Positions 59,112-64,000 of a stretch of DNA of 64,000 nt are shown in pieces. The stretch comes from Pelomyxa schiedti (taxonomy: Eukaryota > Protista > Evosea): positions 570-64,569 of the forward strand of contig JAHLWZ010000872.1 in NCBI GenBank assembly GCA_020536535.1. Reading direction: 5' to 3'. Both the position numbers and the translations under genes were made by a program. Each line of letters begins with the position of its first letter. Within the stretch, counting starts at the first letter, position 1. A model generated the notes under the pieces. That model had not been told where the DNA came from. It searched no databases and saw only the letters and a list, made by a program, of their open reading frames with translations.

Positions 59112-61915
59112 TTACAGATGACATAATGAAACAGCCACTAACAAAACAATACTCACAAACCACACAGGGTATACCATGGCAGCCACAGACGATTGCATTA
59201 CTGAGGGTGATGTTGTTTGGGAATTGTATGCAGGTTCTAGTGAAGAAGCGTGGGAGGAGTACGAAGCCTGGTCATCAGCACTCCAGGATACAACACTGTG
59301 AGCCACAACACTGAGGCTGCGTGGGTAGTTCTCAATATCGTCATGGTGCCTCAGGCTGTTGGTGTTCCCCTGTCTGGCTGTTGTTTCCTTGTATTCCACA
59401 GTCAAATCAGCCTGGAATTTGATGTCCGCACTTTGTCCCATCTCTGTTTTTGTATAAGTTAGAACTATTTGGAAATGCAAATGGGAGCACCTAGAGAGAG
59501 CCAATCTGTGTTGAATTGCAGAGAGAGGTGCATTTTCGTTGCATCAGAGTAATAGGGTGTTGTTTGTTGGAACAGGGAAGTTACGGCTGCAGGTTGTGAT
59601 ACCATGTCAAATCTTTTCAGGTACAAATTTAGCATTAATTTCCATTAATTTTCAGCTTACATGAGAGCATGGAGACTGTCATTGACAAATACAAAGAAGT
59701 TTATCAAGTTTATGTGGTCTATAGAAGTGGACGATGTCAGGTCTATCTGTACAATAGTGAGTGGCTAGGAAGTGAGTTAGGTTTCATGTCAATTAATACC
59801 AACGATATAGCATATGTCGGAGGAACGAGGCTAAATGACGTGCTTGGTTTGGAGCAGTCACTGTCACTGAACATGTCAAATGTTCCGGTCAGAGTTGCAT
59901 TCACCTGGAAGAAAAGCGGTGAGATTTAAAGAGGAATTCTTCAAGTACTTGTACTGTTCCACAAAGGTCGCCTGACCACAGAGGGATCGAAAAAGTTCCG
60001 TTTTGTTTGTCAACATCACCAACCATGTACGAACAGTAGGCTCCGGTGAGGCAACTAAACTGGAAGGGAACCAAAAGTGGTTCTCCTTGGAATATACAAA
60101 CATCTTTGCAGAGATTTAAAAATAACGAAAACTAATTTCGGAAAAAGAAACCGGCGGAAAGGTAGCTGTCAATATGCCAGTACTCATAGCATGTTGTATC
60201 GAACACTGTGCAGGGTGTTCCCACGTGCTGTATGTATATACAATTAATTTAGGATTTGATTTTCACATATTTACCGTCAGTGTTTGATTGAAAAACATAT
60301 GGCTGGGCTCGATTACATAGAGGAAGATGTCATATGGGCTTAATGTGGCCGTATAGAACTCAAGATGGAGCTTCCTGTCAACTATTCTTTTGACTGTGAC
60401 CTGACAGTAGTATTATTTCACCTCAAGATAATATAGGAGAGAACGTACATATCCAGCAACTGCAGTTGGGACGTAAGGATCGATCAGGTTTATTTGAACA
60501 AGCATCACATCTATCACCGTCGGAATAGCAATCTAAGGTGTTCGTCAACTGCTTCTCTTTCTTTTAATAGTATACATATAAGGGAGTAGCTTCTATTGTC
60601 GCTTGCACAACTGAGGAATTAACGATATAGGTATCAAAGTTATCTGTGCACAGTAAACCATAGTGCGGGAATTGGTTGTTACAGTTGAAAATGACTTTGT
60701 AGTATAAAACAGCCGAATCAGACATGAGACCATGGGCGCCACAGTTGTTCACGAAATATTGCCAATTGACAGTGTAAGAATAAATAATGTCACAACCAGA
60801 AACTGTCATCGTACATGCGCTTGATGGGCACCCACAACCAACGTTTGTCTCTGTGGTTTAGTTATGGTGGATTTAATATTTTTAAAACAAATTACCTCCC
60901 CTTGACAGAATTGAGATAGGGCCCTCTCCATTAACGATAGGTTTGGAAAAGGTTACTGTTAGAGTGTCCGGAGCAAAGAACCCACTTTGAGAAGCCACAA
61001 TGGAAGCACTCCACTGATTAACTTCCATTGGGTACACATACCGGTCACACTGTGGCACTGATACAGATGTAAGAAATTGTTTATAATTTTGCAGTACTTA
61101 CAAGGTATACATTTACAGGTGGCGGAGTTCATCATATACTCATAATTGCACGGGGGACAAGCTAATATTTTAAGTTGAAAGTTGACTATAAAAGTAGCCA
61201 AATACTGTAAAAATGAATTCTCCCCATGTAAAAGCTCATTTCCAATGCAGGTTTTTGTAGACTGACCGTCATATGTCTTATTTTCCGGTTCACAAACACC
61301 TCAATTGGTGTGGTGATATTTGAATTACTTCCGTTCGTCCATTCTGCCATTTGATTGAGTGAGGAAGTATATACAGTTAAAAGTAGTAATATTACCAGGG
61401 AGCGCAGAAAGTGTGTATCCAGTCATTCCATTGACAGCAGTTGCATTTACTTCAACTATGGAATAAGAGCCAGGAACTTTCCCCATTGGGAAAAACAGCA
61501 CGGATGTGATGTTCCTCTCAGTTAGCAAGTCAATGGACAGCTGACAAATCTCCTTTGGGTCATCTCCCGACGCCATGAAATAGGAGAGACCATCAGGAAC
61601 ACTTGAGTTCAGCATTTTCTCAGGCCAGTAGTCTCTCCTATTTCATAATAGGAAAGGAGTTACCATCAGACCATATTATTATTGGCAATTAGAATTCTAA
61701 AGTTCAATCCAAATAAACAAACACACGCACGAGTCAGCGGGGACATTCGATGTTACACCCCAAGTGTCACCGATTGCCTGCGCGCCAGTGCTCACTGTTA
61801 TCGACGCCATGGGCAGCTGTGTCCCAAACGGGGCAGATAGCACACCCACCAAACAACAACAACCCACAACAAACACAACTGAAACACCATCAGTCACTGA
61901 TGACGCCATCGCCAT
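59112..61915 (-). CDS. Secreted, GPI-anchored-like Cys-rich surface protein, multi-exon (paralog 2, inverted)
   Basis: Exon-by-exon similarity to 55463-58327 (FGTQLP.ASITV, CDRYV.PMEV, YTVNWQYF.NNCG, ADIKFQADL.V.Y); hydrophobic C-terminus. Confidence 0.8.
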
Positions 61916-62266
61916 CACAACTCCTTTCGTTTATGCTTTTTGGTTTGAGTATTAGGTGCTCGATGTGCATTTTTTGAGCTGGAGGCCTAACCCCCTTTTT
62001 ATGCCAATCGTTTTTCGCTTCTGAAGCTGTTCGTGGAATTGATGATCCAATACAGCCAGTTCTGGAAGAGGGAGCATGACCTTGTGATTGTGGGGGAAGC
62101 ACTCATTCCTGGGAAGATCCACATTGCGAGTTTCTCTTGGCCTAACTGGTCCGTTTCGATCTCAGTTCAGAAATTTTTGTGACTTGGCAGCAGTGACTCA
62201 CCAACCGACCCAATCAAATGACATACCCCCCAAAAAACACAACAAACATCAACAAATTGTCATAAA

Positions 62267-63921
62267 ATGCTTGCCCGAAGACGATATCAGTGTGAGCCTC
62301 TGCCGTCGTCGTCACCTCTGTTCGAGGTCGTGCGTGTCATCGACGCCCGAGCCCAGTTCTGCGCCCTCAGCCTCGCCTCCGTTGTTCCCCGCTGCGGGTG
62401 CCACAGCCCCGCCCACGTCTTGCCACCGTGGGTCTCGCAGGCCCTGCTCGGCCGGCCCTGGTTGATGTGCCCCTGCAGGCAGGTGTGCCTCGAAGTCGTC
62501 ACGAGACTGAGGGACTCTGGGGGCTGGAGAGACCCAAAAAAAGGCAGGAGGCGGCGCAGGGCCCGGCTGCCTTGGGGCGGCCGCATGGGCAGCGATCCCG
62601 ACAGACTCACTTATGGGTTCTTGATGGTGTTTGGAATCGGGGTGTCACACACTGGTGGTGTGGCTTCATTGGAGTCAATTGTGCTCAACAATGTGAGTAN
62701 NNNNNNNNNNNNNNNNNNNNNNNNNNNNNNNNNNNNNNNNNNNNNNNNNNNNNNNNNNNNNNNNNNNNNNNNNNNNNNNNNNNNNNNNNNNNNNNNNNNG
62801 GCCGCATGGGCAGCGATCCCGACAGACTCACTTATGGGTTCTTGATGGTGTTTGGAATCGGGGTGTCACACACTGGTGGTGTGGCTTCATTGGAGTCAAT
62901 TGTGCTCAACAATGTGAGTAATTGCTGCTGTTCCACTTGGAATACTGTGTTGGATGAAGGGAGGTGCTGGGAGTCTGACCAGGCTGATGTCACTAAGAAC
63001 AAGGATGGATGCAGGCCAATTGGCTGGATAGGGAGAACGAGTGCTATCTTGAGGAGGTACAGGGATAATGCTCTTCTCGTGTATGACACTCGTGATCGTG
63101 AGGTGTTGTCAATTCACCACTGCATTCATAAAAGTGGCAACTTTTTACTTTGTAATGACCACTGGATGGTTGCAGTAAATGAGAGGAAGAAGTGCTTGGA
63201 AATTTGGAAAATCAAAGGAGGGAAACCGCTGGAGCCCGGTGTTCTTGTACCACTAAAAGAAGACCTCCTTGAGTGCGGCAGTTACTTCCACCGACAGTGG
63301 AAGTTTACTTCAATACTGCAGTCACAAGTCCCTCCTGGAGCTGAAGTATCAGTGATGTACATGAGGACTGAAATGCTCTCCTGGGCCTGGGCCTTTGAAC
63401 AAATTGATATCTCGAAGTGTTATTCAGAGGCTGCATTCATCAGTTTACCCCACAGTGTCCCGGATTTCTCAATGCCCACATACATTTCTGACCCAGATTT
63501 CTTTTTCCAATGCAACAAACTATTTATAACCTACGCTGGTCTCGACTTTAACACTCCTCTTCATTGTGCAACCACAGATGAACAGCTGTTTCCTGATGCC
63601 ATTCGTGTGCGAATTCTCGACGAGCGCAGCGTGTCTGTTGAAAGGAAAACCAACCATTCAGTCACAATCTATGATTTCTCACACAGAAGCCCCAAGGCCC
63701 TGTGTAAGATTGACACACACTGCTGCTCCTCTTTTTCCTGTTCCTCTGGGCTCCTGTTAGTGTCTCCCAAAGAGGACACCCACAATAACAAGCTTCAGAA
63801 GGATCCCTCGTTGCTGCAGGTCACAGATATTTTCGGCGCGCGACCATCACAGCCCCTTCTCCAAATTACCCTCAATAATCAACTCACACTCCAATCACAG
63901 TCAATGTACCCCTTGTTCTAA
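62267..63921 (+). CDS. Intronless expanded-family protein spanning an over-lapped scaffold gap (477 aa after gap closure)
   Basis: DARAQFCALSLASVVPRCGCHSPA...RPW. 62579-62699 repeats at 62800-62920; deleting 62700-62920 gives one 1434-nt open frame. Confidence 0.8.
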
Positions 63922-64000
63922 AAGAGTTCATTTCGTACATCAAAAAAGATAAAGTTTATTTATTTTAGTAGATCTGGTACCAGAGGTGTTGTAGCTTATA

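Noticed and set aside
62579-62920. 121-bp direct repeat and apparent frameshift around the N-run
   Set aside because: Gap-overlap artefact; collapsing it restores one open reading frame.

Overview
This is eukaryotic, very gene-dense DNA with many short GT-AG introns and three 100-N scaffold gaps. Gene content (cAR-like GPCR, SH3-RasGEF, DH/RhoGAP protein, tandem Rabs) is amoebozoan-like. The intronless expanded families remind me of the archamoeba Pelomyxa schiedti, but this is an inference I cannot verify here. Housekeeping genes recognised: CCR4/CNOT6, two Rab GTPases, a KCTD-type BTB protein, a saccharopine/lysine dehydrogenase, UDP-glucose 6-dehydrogenase, a PPP phosphatase, an EF-hand protein, a C1-domain protein, adenylate kinase, transketolase, proteasome alpha-5, a DCC1-like gene, and a 45-aa OST4 missed by the ORF track. 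Most interesting observations: (1) a lineage-specific intronless family sharing an N-terminal 'Q..A......RCG..S...W..W' module on a predicted beta-rich body, with a weaker version on an ankyrin-like protein; (2) a spliced, bacterial-type SMI1/KNR4 (SUKH) immunity-like gene; (3) a 100-bp-arm fold-back hairpin with a template-switch signature; (4) a PTS2-like signal on its own exon in the dehydrogenase; (5) a secreted protein with five bacterial-like modules; (6) an inverted pair of GPI-anchored, possibly ZP-like surface proteins. Multi-exon genes are given as spans, and exon boundaries were inferred by eye.
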